64,000 nt of DNA, from the NCBI GenBank assembly GCA_029865325.1, contig JAOUHF010000001.1, forward strand, positions 23,569-87,568. The letters are read 5' to 3'. Every line of letters begins with the position of its first letter. The stretch's first letter is position 1. The stretch comes from Thermoleophilia bacterium. Lineage in GTDB: Bacteria; Actinomycetota; Thermoleophilia; Gaiellales; Gaiellaceae. A program made the translations under genes and the position numbers. Under the pieces are notes generated by a model. It was given only the letters and a program-made list of their open reading frames with translations, made no database searches and had not been told where the DNA came from. Shown piece after piece: positions 34,458 through 44,163 of this stretch.

Positions 34458-35138
34458 GTGCTGAAGGCCGTTTTGTTCGACGTCGACTTCACCCTGTTTC
34501 GGCCTGGACCCGAGCTTGGGCCCGAGGGTTATCGGCGCGTGGGGGAGAGGCACGGGCTCACGCTTGACCCGGATCTCTACGGCGCCGCGCGCGGTAGTGC
34601 GATCGAGGAGCTACAGCGAAACCACGAGCTCGTCCACGACGAGGAGATCTGGATCGCGTTCACCGAGCAGATCGTGCTTCACATGGGCGGCGATTTCAGC
34701 GGGGCGCGCGCGTGCGCGACGGACATGGTGCGCGAGTGGGAGCGCCACGAGAACTTCTCGCTCTACGAGGATGCGCTCCCCGTGCTCGACGAGCTGCGGC
34801 GGCGCGCGCTGAAGATCGGGCTGATCTCGAACGGGCAGCGCGATCTCGACGAGTTCGCCACCCACCACGATCTCGAGGTCGATGCGATCGTGGGTTCGAA
34901 GACACATGGGCGCGTCAAGCCGCACGCGTCGATCTTCATGGCGGCCCTCGAGGCGCTCGACGTCTCACCCGAGGAGGTCGCGATGGTGGGCGACTCGTAC
35001 GAGGACGACATCGAGGGCGCGCGCGCACTCGGGATCCGCGCGATCCTCCTCGACCGCGACGGCCTTCGGCCCGGGGCACCGGACCGGATCGACACGCTTC
35101 TGGCGCTGCCCGCCGCCCTCGGCCTAGCGCACGTCTAG
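34458..35138 (+). CDS. HAD-superfamily hydrolase
   Basis: AVLFDVDFTLF motif I, GLISNG motif II, MVGDSYEDDIEGARALG motif IV. -10-like TATCCT ends 6 nt before the GTG. Confidence 0.85.
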   Translation: MLKAVLFDVDFTLFRPGPELGPEGYRRVGERHGLTLDPDLYGAARGSAIEELQRNHELVHDEEIWIAFTEQIVLHMGGDFSGARACATDMVREWERHENFSLYEDALPVLDELRRRALKIGLISNGQRDLDEFATHHDLEVDAIVGSKTHGRVKPHASIFMAALEALDVSPEEVAMVGDSYEDDIEGARALGIRAILLDRDGLRPGAPDRIDTLLALPAALGLAHV

Positions 35139-36086
35139 ATCGCTGCGCCAGGCCTCCGTATGCGCCCCTAGCGGTACGAGCTCGGCCTGCGGCCCGATGC
35201 CGAAGGCGCCGCCGGCCTCGGCTCGCGTCCAGACGGGGCCGACACAGACGTCCTCGTCACCGAAGTGCTCCAGCCACTCGGCAAGTGGGCGTTGGGCGAA
35301 CACTGCCGCTAGCGCGGCTGCGAGCTCTTCCTGACCCTCCGCGTACTGTCGGTCGGCGAGCTCGGGTCGGCCGACGAGCTCACATAGCCGCAGGAAAAAC
35401 TTCGGCTCGAGCGCACCGACCGTGAGGTGGCGATCGTCGGCTGTTGCGTAGACCCGATAGCAGGCGAGCCCACCCGTGAGCATCTTCGTTACGGGTTCGC
35501 CTCCGAGTCGATGGGCCACGAGGTCGTGTGAGCGGTGTGTCATCGAGACCACGATTCGCGCGCCTCGTCCAGTACGCTCGCGTGCGAAGAGCGCCGCGAG
35601 AACCTCCGTGACGGCGCCGAGTGCTCCGGCGGCGAGATCGGCGATCTGGATCGGTGGAAGCGCCGGAGCCGTGTCCTCGAGAACGCCCGCCCAGCCGAGG
35701 TAGTTCACGTCGTGCCCGGCGCGCGTGCGATGCCGCTCTTCGTCGCCGAAGCCGGTGATCGAGCAGTAGACGACCGACTCGGGAACGTCGCCCGGGCCGA
35801 TGCCGAGGCGCTCGGCCACGCCTGGCCGGAAGCCTTCGAGGACGACGTCCGCTCGGGCGCACAGGGCTTGTGCGAACACAGACTCTGACTTCAGGTCGCA
35901 CACCACGGATTCGGTGCCTGCGCGCAGCGCCGTGTCCCAGGCGGTCGCAGTGGGCCGCATGGGATCGCCCTCCGGCGGCTCGACGCGGACGACGCGCGCA
36001 CCGAGCCGCAGTAGCTCTCGACTCGCGTATGCCCCTGGCAGATAGCGCGTGAAGTCCACGACGAGGATGCCTGCGAGCTGTTGCAC
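35124..36086 (-). CDS. Family III CoA-transferase (CaiB/BaiF / alpha-methylacyl-CoA racemase-like)
   Basis: LAGILVVDFTRYLPGAYASRELLRLGARVVRVEPP.GDP N-terminal signature. GTG 36086 preferred; the tracked ORF runs to 36161. Confidence 0.82.
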   Translation of the reverse strand: MQQLAGILVVDFTRYLPGAYASRELLRLGARVVRVEPPEGDPMRPTATAWDTALRAGTESVVCDLKSESVFAQALCARADVVLEGFRPGVAERLGIGPGDVPESVVYCSITGFGDEERHRTRAGHDVNYLGWAGVLEDTAPALPPIQIADLAAGALGAVTEVLAALFARERTGRGARIVVSMTHRSHDLVAHRLGGEPVTKMLTGGLACYRVYATADDRHLTVGALEPKFFLRLCELVGRPELADRQYAEGQEELAAALAAVFAQRPLAEWLEHFGDEDVCVGPVWTRAEAGGAFGIGPQAELVPLGAHTEAWRSDLDVR

Positions 36087-36110
36087 GCGGCCCGAGCCTA
36101 CCTCTATCCT
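36081..36110 (+). promoter_or_regulatory. Candidate promoter TTGCAC-18-TATCCT for the TetR gene
   Basis: -10 ends 7 nt before in-frame TTG 36118. Overlaps the divergent CoA-transferase start. Confidence 0.3.
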
Positions 36111-36117
36111 CGCTTGG

Positions 36118-36133
36118 TTGACTGACGGTTCAA
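36118..36133. promoter_or_regulatory. Palindrome-like site TTGACTGACGGTTCAA (putative TetR operator, site A)
   Basis: 13/16 identical to site B at 38572-38587. TTGAC-N6-TTCAA. Confidence 0.35.
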
Positions 36134-36714
36134 TCGCCCAGGAGGACCGCCGGAAGCGCATCCTCGACGCTGCGATCCGCGTATTTGCCGAGCACGGTTA
36201 CCACGGTGCTCGCGTCGGAGACATCGCGGAAGATGCAGGAGTCGCTCACGGACTTCTCTACCACTACTTCGCGTCGAAGGACGACGTTCTCCGCACGATC
36301 TTCGTCGAGAACTGGGGACATCTGATCGCGCGCTTCCGTTCTGTCGAAGCGGCTGTGGAGCCAGCGCCCAAGAAGCTCGAGGGCATCGCGAAGATCCTGC
36401 TTCGCACGTGGCGCAACGATCCTGCGCTGGTTACGGTGATGGTGCGCGAGGTTGCACGGAGCCAGCAGCTCCAGGCCCAGGTCGAGGACGTACGCGAAGC
36501 ATTTGTCATCGTCCAGCGCGTGATCGAGGAAGGGCAAGCCTCGGGGGCGTTCCGCAAAGAACTCGACGCCCGTCTCGCCAGCTGGGTCTTCTACGGCGGG
36601 CTCGAGGAGGTTCTCACCGGGTGGGTGCTTGGCCAGCTTCCAGATAGCGAAGAAGACGTCGCGCGCGCCGAGCGCACGGCGATCGACCTCGCCCTCCGCG
36701 GCCTCAGCGCCTAG
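36118..36714 (+). CDS. TetR/AcrR-family transcriptional regulator
   Basis: RKRILDAAIRVFAEHGYHGARVGDIAEDAGVAHGLLYHYFASKDDVL HTH signature. Start uncertain: TTG 36118, ATG 36067 or the tracked 36049. Confidence 0.88.
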   Translation: MTDGSIAQEDRRKRILDAAIRVFAEHGYHGARVGDIAEDAGVAHGLLYHYFASKDDVLRTIFVENWGHLIARFRSVEAAVEPAPKKLEGIAKILLRTWRNDPALVTVMVREVARSQQLQAQVEDVREAFVIVQRVIEEGQASGAFRKELDARLASWVFYGGLEEVLTGWVLGQLPDSEEDVARAERTAIDLALRGLSA

Positions 36715-36724
36715 TCTCTCGGCC

Positions 36725-37189
36725 GTGAACGTCTTCAACCTCTACGGGGAAGAGTGGGATCGCGTCGAGGAGCGCCCCGGTTGGCGCAGCAAGGACGCCT
36801 GGGTTGGAGCGCGTATCGGAGCCGAGATGCTCGGCGGGAGCATGTACGAGCTGGAGCCGGGCGACCGCCTCTGGCCGTACCACACGCATCACGCCAACGA
36901 GGAGTGGCTCGTGGCGATCCGTGGGAAGCCGACGCTGCGCACCCCCGATGGCGAGCAGGAACTCGCCGAGGGCGACGTCGTCTGCTTCCGGCGCGGGAAG
37001 GAGGGCCTGCACCAGGTTCGGAACGGCACGGGTGATCCTGTCCGCGTCCTCATGCTCTCCACGCTGCTGGCGCCCGACATCGTCGAGTACCCGGACTCGG
37101 GCAAGCTCGGGGCGCGGAGTGTCGCCGGTGAGCGCATCCTCTTGAGCCGCCCAGGCCCGATGCTCGATTACTGGGACGGCGAGGACTGA
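36725..37189 (+). CDS. Cupin-domain protein
   Basis: GGSMYELEPGDRLWPYHTHHANEEWLVAIRGKPTL...GDVVCFRRGKEGLHQVRN cupin motifs 1 and 2. GTG 36725 lies after the TetR stop. Confidence 0.8.
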   Translation: MNVFNLYGEEWDRVEERPGWRSKDAWVGARIGAEMLGGSMYELEPGDRLWPYHTHHANEEWLVAIRGKPTLRTPDGEQELAEGDVVCFRRGKEGLHQVRNGTGDPVRVLMLSTLLAPDIVEYPDSGKLGARSVAGERILLSRPGPMLDYWDGED

Positions 37190-37198
37190 ATCTGCAGA

Positions 37199-37230
37199 AA
37201 CCCGGGATCCGCAGGAGCGGATCCCGGGTT
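37199..37230. repeat. 14-bp perfect hairpin between convergent genes, related to the rplO-secY repeat hairpin
   Basis: AACCCGGGATCCGC-AGGA-GCGGATCCCGGGTT. Followed by GAAGACC (37238-37244) and the 16-mer CGCGGCCGCGGAGCGG (37250-37265), identical to 19316-19331 and 19421-19436. Confidence 0.6.
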
Positions 37231-37315
37231 GCGCGGAGAAGACCCGAAGCGCGGCCGCGGAGCGGCCGCTGATGTGCGCGGTCGTCCGTCTCGCGTCCCC
37301 GTTGAGCCGCGAGGG

Positions 37316-38503
37316 TTAGCGGAACGCGTTCTCGCCGGTGAGCGCCTGGCCGACGACGAGCGTGTGCACCTCGTGGGTGCCCTCGTACGTGAGCACCGAC
37401 TCGAGGTTGTTCACGTGGCGGATCACGGGGTACTCGAGCGTCACTCCGTTGGCGCCGAGGATCGTCCGCGCGGAGCGCGCAACCTCGATCGCGCCCCGGA
37501 CGTTGCCCATCTTTCCGAGGCTTACCTGCTCGGGGCGCAACGTCCCCGCATCCTTCATGCGGCCGAGATGAAGGGCGACGAGCGTGCCACGGTTGAGCTC
37601 GAGCGCCATCTCCGCGAGCTTCTGCTGCGTGAGCTGGTAGGCGGCGATCGGCTTGCCGAAGACGATGCGCTCTTTCGCGTAGTCGAGCGCGCACTCGAAG
37701 CACGCGCGACCTGACCCCACGGCTCCCCAGACGATCCCGAATCGGGCCTCGCTCAAGCAGGAGAGTGGCCCCCGGAGCGTCGTCGCGCCGGGCAGGAGGT
37801 TCTCGTCGGGGACGCGCACGTCTTGGAGCACGAGCTCCGAGGTAACCGAGGCGCGAAGTGACAGCTTCTTGTGGATCTCGGGCGCCGAGAACCCAGGCAT
37901 CCCCTTCTCGACGATGAAGCCGCGGATCGCGTCGTCATCGGTGCGCGCCCACACGATTGCGATGTCGGCGATCGTGCCGTTCGTGATCCACATCTTGGCG
38001 CCGTTCAGGATCCAGTCGGAACCGTCGCGGCGCGCGTGCGTTCGCATCGAGCCGGGGTCGGATCCCGCGTCCGGCTCGGTGAGCCCGAAGCAGCCGATGA
38101 CCTCGCCGGCGTGCATCGGCGGCAGCCAGCGCTCCTTCTGCTCCTCCGATCCCCAGCGCCAGATCGGGAACATCGCCAACGATCCCTGCACCGACACTGC
38201 GCTGCGAACGCCCGCGTCGCCGGCCTCGAGCTCCATGCAGGTAAGGCCGTACGAAACGGCGCTCGCCCCAGGAAGGCCATAGCCGTCGAGATGCATCCCG
38301 TAGAGCCCGAGCTTCGCGATCTCCGGGAAAAGCTCGCGCGGGAAGATCCCCTTCTCGAACCAGTCTCCAACCTCGGGTAGGACGTTCTCGCGGACGAACT
38401 GGCGTACCGTGTCGCGGATCGCCCGCTCCTCGTCGCTGAGGAGTGCGTCGATCGCAAGGAGATCGAGAGGGTCGAGGCCAGGAAGCTCGGTCGTGGTCGC
38501 CAT
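37316..38503 (-). CDS. Acyl-CoA dehydrogenase, glutaryl-CoA dehydrogenase-like
   Basis: GCFGLTEPDAGSDPGSM, WITNG, YEGTHEVH motifs. ATG 38503 or GTG 38512 start. Confidence 0.88.
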   Translation of the reverse strand: MATTTELPGLDPLDLLAIDALLSDEERAIRDTVRQFVRENVLPEVGDWFEKGIFPRELFPEIAKLGLYGMHLDGYGLPGASAVSYGLTCMELEAGDAGVRSAVSVQGSLAMFPIWRWGSEEQKERWLPPMHAGEVIGCFGLTEPDAGSDPGSMRTHARRDGSDWILNGAKMWITNGTIADIAIVWARTDDDAIRGFIVEKGMPGFSAPEIHKKLSLRASVTSELVLQDVRVPDENLLPGATTLRGPLSCLSEARFGIVWGAVGSGRACFECALDYAKERIVFGKPIAAYQLTQQKLAEMALELNRGTLVALHLGRMKDAGTLRPEQVSLGKMGNVRGAIEVARSARTILGANGVTLEYPVIRHVNNLESVLTYEGTHEVHTLVVGQALTGENAFR

Positions 38504-38537
38504 TCGCCTCACATCCTACGAGAACGCTTCCGGGTGC

Positions 38538-38567
38538 TTGACCGCCTGCGCGCGAAGCGCGTAGTAT
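38538..38567 (+). promoter_or_regulatory. Candidate promoter TTGACC-18-TAGTAT for the acyl-CoA dehydrogenase operon
   Basis: -35 at 38538-38543, -10 at 38562-38567. The downstream gene has its own SD (AGGAG) before ATG 38608. Confidence 0.45.
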
Positions 38568-38571
38568 CCGG

Positions 38572-38587
38572 TTGACTGACTAGTCAA
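38572..38587. promoter_or_regulatory. Perfect TTGAC-N6-GTCAA palindrome (putative TetR operator, site B)
   Basis: TTGACTGACTAGTCAA begins 5 nt after the -10 box, over the expected transcription start, in the divergent gcdH-like/acd intergenic region. Confidence 0.4.
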
Positions 38588-38607
38588 TCGAGGCAGGAGC
38601 GAAGTCC

Positions 38608-39789
<1,182 letters not shown>

Positions 39790-39799
39790 GGTTTCACCC

Positions 39800-40633
39800 G
39801 TGGCGCTCGAGATCGATCTCAGTGGCCGGGTGGCGCTTGTCACCGGCGGTTCGCGCGGCCTCGGTCGAGCCGACGCGCTGACGCTCGCGCGCGCGGGCGC
39901 AGACGTTGCGATCGCGGACATCCTCGTCGAGTCCGAGCTGTCCGAGGAAACAGATAGTTGGGGTGCGCTCGCAACCGCCGCGAGGGCGCAAGGGATGGTT
40001 CACACCGAGGAGACCGTCGAGGAGATTCGCGCCATGGGTCGGCACTCGCTCGCCGTGCGCTGCGACGTGACAAATCGCGAGCAGGTCGCGTCGGCTGTAG
40101 CCCGAACGGTCGAGGAGCTCGGCGCGGTCGACATCCTCGTGAACAACGCCGGCACCCTGGATCACGCCGCACAGTTCTCGGACCAGAGCCCCGAGCTGTG
40201 GGAGCGTGATCTTCGGGTTAATCTCACGGGCGGCTTCAACTGCGCGCAGGCGGCGTGGCCGCACATGAAGGAGCGAGGGTGGGGGCGGATCGTGAACATG
40301 GCGTCGGTCGCGGGCACGCTCGGCGGGTTCGGTCAGGCGAGTTACTCGACGACGAAGTCCGGGATCCTAGGGCTTACGAAGACGCTCGCGATGGAGGGCG
40401 GTCGACACGGAATCACCTGCAACGCGATCGTGCCCGGAATCATCGGCACCGAGGCGTTCCACATGGCGAACGCCGTGATGAACGAGCGGATCGCTGCCAG
40501 GACGGTCTTTAAGCGCCCCGGCGAGCCTCAGGACATCGCGAACGCGATTGCGTTCCTCTGCTCCGACCTCGCCGGCTACATCACCGGAGTCGGGCTCTAC
40601 GTCTCAGGCGGGATCGAGCTCTTCGTCTTCTGA
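39800..40633 (+). CDS. SDR-family oxidoreductase (FabG-like)
   Basis: VTGGSRGLGRA Rossmann motif, NNAG, catalytic S...YSTTK (YxxxK), PGIIGTE. Confidence 0.9.
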   Translation: MALEIDLSGRVALVTGGSRGLGRADALTLARAGADVAIADILVESELSEETDSWGALATAARAQGMVHTEETVEEIRAMGRHSLAVRCDVTNREQVASAVARTVEELGAVDILVNNAGTLDHAAQFSDQSPELWERDLRVNLTGGFNCAQAAWPHMKERGWGRIVNMASVAGTLGGFGQASYSTTKSGILGLTKTLAMEGGRHGITCNAIVPGIIGTEAFHMANAVMNERIAARTVFKRPGEPQDIANAIAFLCSDLAGYITGVGLYVSGGIELFVF

Positions 40634-40703
40634 GACCGGCTGCAACTGGGGCACCCCGGCCCACCACCCACTCTCAATTCTAGTTCGGAATCGCGCACGC
40701 ATG

Positions 40704-40719
40704 TTGACCGGTTCGTCAA
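40704..40719. promoter_or_regulatory. Third TTGAC-N6-GTCAA palindrome (site C)
   Basis: TTGACCGGTTCGTCAA between the SDR gene and the VanW-family gene. It could instead simply be a -35-like TTGACC. Confidence 0.25.
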
Positions 40720-40731
40720 CGAATCTGTGGA

Positions 40732-42651
40732 TTGTCGCCCTCAGCCGGAGGATGTTCGCGAGCCGCTGCGGGCTCGCGAGCGCGCTGTAAAGTTCCCGAT
40801 CCCGTGCGCGCTGATTCACCGATCCTCTCGTCGACGAGCCGTCGGCGCAGTCGCAGCCGATCGACTCTGGTCACGGCGGCCCTCGGTATTGCCGGTCTCG
40901 TCGCCCTGGCCGTTCTCGTTGGGCTCGCCTATGCCGGCTCGAGTCGGGAGCTCGCGGCGGGAACGCAGGTAGCCGGGGTGGATGTCGGCGGGCTCTCGAG
41001 ACAGGCGGCCGTCTCCAGGCTCAACGCGCAGTTCCAGGCTGTCTCTGAGGAGCCAGTCGCCTTTACGGCTGGGGCCGCGATGTTCATGTTCGCGGCCAAC
41101 CAACTCGCGGTTCAGCCCGACTGGGGCGCTGCCGTGGCGGCGGCCGGCCGCGAAGGCGACGGGTTCGGACCGATCCGGGGACTCCGTCGGCTGCACACCC
41201 GCTTCTTCGGTGCAGAGGTGCTCCCGCGACTGGCGGTCTCGGACGCTGCGCTCGAGTTCGCGCTCGACGGGATTGAGACGCAGGTAGAGCGCGAAGCTCG
41301 AGATGCGGCACTCGTTCGCCGCGGACTGCGGATCGAGACGGTTCCGGAACGCGCAGGAGCCCGGCTCGAGCGTGAGCCTGCGGCCGAGGTCATCGTGCGT
41401 GCGCTCGGGCAGCTCGACCGGTCCAAGGTGCCGGTTGCACTCCCGATAGCCGTTGCCGCACCGAACGTAACCGCGGAGATGCTCGTGCCCGCCGCTCGCC
41501 GTGTGCGCACAGCGATACGGGCTCCGGTGTTCTTGAAAGGTGCCGGTCGAAGTTGGCGTCTTCCGCGGCGGCGCCTCGCTGCGCTGCTCGAACTACCGAG
41601 TGGCGGCGTGACGCGGATCACGTTCGCCGGCGTTGGCGCCGACGCGTACTTCCGCGCGCTGGCGCAGCGAGTCGGCAAGCCCGCAACAGACGCCGGGTTC
41701 GCGGTGTCGGGTGAGAGTGTCCAGGTCATTCCTGCCCGCGACGGCCTCGAGCTCGACGTACCTGCGACAGCCAGCGCGTTGCTGCGCGCGGCTTTGCGGC
41801 CGGCGAACCGCGTGGCGCAGCTTCAGGTGGTCCGCGCCGCTCCCGAGCGCACGACGTCCGAGGCGCTGGCGATGGGCATCGACCGGCGGATGGCTTCGTA
41901 CAAGACGTACTACTCGGGCACCGCTGACCGCATCACCAACCTCCAGCTCGGCGTCAGGGAGCTCGACGGGACGCTCGTTCCTCCGGGCGGCACGTTCTCG
42001 CTCAACGAAGCGATCGGAGAGCGAACCGTCGAGCGCGGCTTCCGACCGGCGCCAGTGATCATCGGCACCGAGTTCGCGGAGGAGGTCGGCGGCGGCACCT
42101 CGCAGATTGCGACGACGGCGTTCAACGCCGCCTGGGAGGCGGGCCTGCGCATTACCGAGCGCAATCCCCATTCCCTCTACATCAGTCGCTACCAACTGGG
42201 CCGAGATGCCACGGTCTACTGGCCGTCGCTCGATCTCAAGTTCGTGAACGACACGAAGAGCTGGGTGCTCGTCAAGGGCTTCGCCGAGAGCGACGGGATC
42301 AGCATCGCGATCTTTGGCGGCGAGGACCGCCGCGTCGAGAGCTCGCCAGGGACGTTCACCGTGACGGGGCGACCCCCGATCAAGCGTGTGAAGGATCCCA
42401 CGCTCGCGAAGGGCAAGACCGTCGTCGAGGAGGAGGGATCTGCACCGAGCCGCACCTCCGTGACACGCACGGTCTACGCGGCGAACGGCAGCATCCTTCG
42501 CGACGAGACGTGGACGACGTCCTACAAGGGGGAGACGAGGATCGTTCGCGTCGGCACCAAGGTCGCCAAGCCCAAGGCCAAAGCTCCAGTCGGCGAGAAC
42601 CCGAAGCCTCCGGCCAAGGCCGGCGCTACCCCGCCGCCGACTCAGCCCTAG
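40732..42651 (+). CDS. VanW-family protein with N-terminal TM anchor and C-terminal G5 domain
   Basis: TM LVTAALGIAGLVALAVLVGLA. VanW core GGTFSLNEAIGERT...GGGTSQIATTAFNAAW. G5-like KGKTVVEEEGSAPSRTSVTRTVY..NG...DETW. GTG 40804 is an alternative start. Confidence 0.85.
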   Translation: MSPSAGGCSRAAAGSRARCKVPDPVRADSPILSSTSRRRSRSRSTLVTAALGIAGLVALAVLVGLAYAGSSRELAAGTQVAGVDVGGLSRQAAVSRLNAQFQAVSEEPVAFTAGAAMFMFAANQLAVQPDWGAAVAAAGREGDGFGPIRGLRRLHTRFFGAEVLPRLAVSDAALEFALDGIETQVEREARDAALVRRGLRIETVPERAGARLEREPAAEVIVRALGQLDRSKVPVALPIAVAAPNVTAEMLVPAARRVRTAIRAPVFLKGAGRSWRLPRRRLAALLELPSGGVTRITFAGVGADAYFRALAQRVGKPATDAGFAVSGESVQVIPARDGLELDVPATASALLRAALRPANRVAQLQVVRAAPERTTSEALAMGIDRRMASYKTYYSGTADRITNLQLGVRELDGTLVPPGGTFSLNEAIGERTVERGFRPAPVIIGTEFAEEVGGGTSQIATTAFNAAWEAGLRITERNPHSLYISRYQLGRDATVYWPSLDLKFVNDTKSWVLVKGFAESDGISIAIFGGEDRRVESSPGTFTVTGRPPIKRVKDPTLAKGKTVVEEEGSAPSRTSVTRTVYAANGSILRDETWTTSYKGETRIVRVGTKVAKPKAKAPVGENPKPPAKAGATPPPTQP

Positions 42652-43045
42652 CGATAGCTTCCGCCAGCCATGCGGGAACCCGCGTCGGGCGGTACGTCTC
42701 ACGATCGACGGTGGCGTGCAGCGTGTGCCCGTCTGCGACGAGCTCACCGGCGCGCTCGACCCGATACTCGTACCTGAAGCGAGCTCCCCGCACGTCTGTG
42801 CAGCGCGCCCAGACTCTCAGCGTCTCGTCGAAGTACGCAGCGCGGTGGTAGCGGACGCAGGCCTCGGTCGTGAGCGCCTCGACCCCTTGGTCGCGAATCG
42901 CCTGATACCCACCTGCATGCGCCGCGAGATACGCGACACGTGCGACCTCGAGCCAGACGACGAACGAGGCGTGGTGGGCGATGCCTTGCGCGTCCGTCTC
43001 GGCGAAGCGAATCCTGACGTCGGTTGAGAATGAGAAGCCGTCCAC
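42626..43045 (-). CDS. Acyl-CoA thioesterase (4HBT/YbgC hotdog family)
   Basis: VRIRFAETDAQGIAHHASFVVWLEVARVAYL signature with catalytic Asp. Confidence 0.85.
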   Translation of the reverse strand: MDGFSFSTDVRIRFAETDAQGIAHHASFVVWLEVARVAYLAAHAGGYQAIRDQGVEALTTEACVRYHRAAYFDETLRVWARCTDVRGARFRYEYRVERAGELVADGHTLHATVDRETYRPTRVPAWLAEAIARAESAAG

Positions 43046-43068
43046 GCTCGCAACCCTAGAATCCGCGC

Positions 43069-43794
43069 GTGTCGGCCGTCGAGCTTGCCGCCCTCATTCG
43101 GGAGCGACAGCCGTGTGTGGTGCTTACCGGGGCAGGTGTGAGCACGGAGAGCGGGATTCCCGACTTTCGTTCTGCCTCGGGCATCTGGGTCGAGATCGAT
43201 CCCTTTGAGGTCGCGTCTATCCGGGCGTTCAAGCGCAACCCGGCGCACGTGTGGAGCTTCTACCGGCAGCGGCTCCACATGCTGCGCGACGCGGAACCCA
43301 ACGCGGCGCACCATGCGCTTGCCGAGCTCGAGCGCCGCGGCCTCGTCAGCGCCATCGTCACGCAGAACGTCGACACCCTGCACTCGCGCGCGGGCAGCCG
43401 CGACGTGATCGAGGTGCACGGCTCGATCCGCTCGGCAGAGTGTATGAGCTGCCTCTGGGTAGAACCGGCGGATGAAGTGCTCGCCCAACTGGAGGAGCGA
43501 TCTGTTCCGATCTGCGTCAAGTGCGGTGGGATTCTCAAGCCAGGAGTCACGCTCTTCGGCGAGTTGCTGCCGCCAGTAGCCATGGAGCGCGCGACCCAGC
43601 TCGCCCGTGGGGCTGGGCTCGTGCTCGTGGTCGGTTCCTCGCTCGAGGTCTGGCCCGTGGCGGGTCTGCCGCTCGAGGCACGCGCGTTCGCGATCGTCAA
43701 CCGCGGCCCGACCGCTCTCGACGACCGTGCGGTGCTCAAGGTCGACGCAACTGCTGGCGAGACGCTAGTCGCAGTTGTCGAAGCGCTCGGCTAG
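43069..43794 (+). CDS. NAD-dependent protein deacylase (Sir2 family)
   Basis: LTGAGVSTESGIPDFRS, TQNVDTLH, HGS...C..C...C..CGG zinc module, VVGSSLEV. Confidence 0.92.
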   Translation: MSAVELAALIRERQPCVVLTGAGVSTESGIPDFRSASGIWVEIDPFEVASIRAFKRNPAHVWSFYRQRLHMLRDAEPNAAHHALAELERRGLVSAIVTQNVDTLHSRAGSRDVIEVHGSIRSAECMSCLWVEPADEVLAQLEERSVPICVKCGGILKPGVTLFGELLPPVAMERATQLARGAGLVLVVGSSLEVWPVAGLPLEARAFAIVNRGPTALDDRAVLKVDATAGETLVAVVEALG

Positions 43795-43845
43795 CCGAGC
43801 CGCGCTGAGAGAGGATCCACACCACACTGCTCCTCGCGGAGTGCT

Positions 43846-44163
43846 ATGACTAACGACATGCCGACGACCACTACGAAGACTTCCGCGAGTTCTTCGGGCG
43901 CCAAGCTCGGAGAGAAGGACATCCTGACCCGCCTCGCCGACGCCGGTGAGGACGCGCTGCACAGGCTCTCGGAGCTTCCCGGAGGGCAGCGTGCCCTGAC
44001 GGCTGTCAACGATCTCCGGGCCCGCGTCGACGATCTCACGAAGAAGGTGCGCGGAATCGACGCGCTCGAGGTGAGGGTCACGAAGCTCGAGAAAGAGGTC
44101 GCGGCGATGAAGAAGGCGAAGGCCCCGGCGCGCGCAACGACGCCGCGGAAGCCTGCCGCCTAG
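43846..44163 (+). CDS. Hypothetical coiled-coil protein (105 aa)
   Basis: G+C-rich third positions. Heptad-like DLRARVDDLTKKVRGIDALEVRVTKLEKEVAAMKK. No family recognised. Confidence 0.55.
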   Translation: MTNDMPTTTTKTSASSSGAKLGEKDILTRLADAGEDALHRLSELPGGQRALTAVNDLRARVDDLTKKVRGIDALEVRVTKLEKEVAAMKKAKAPARATTPRKPAA

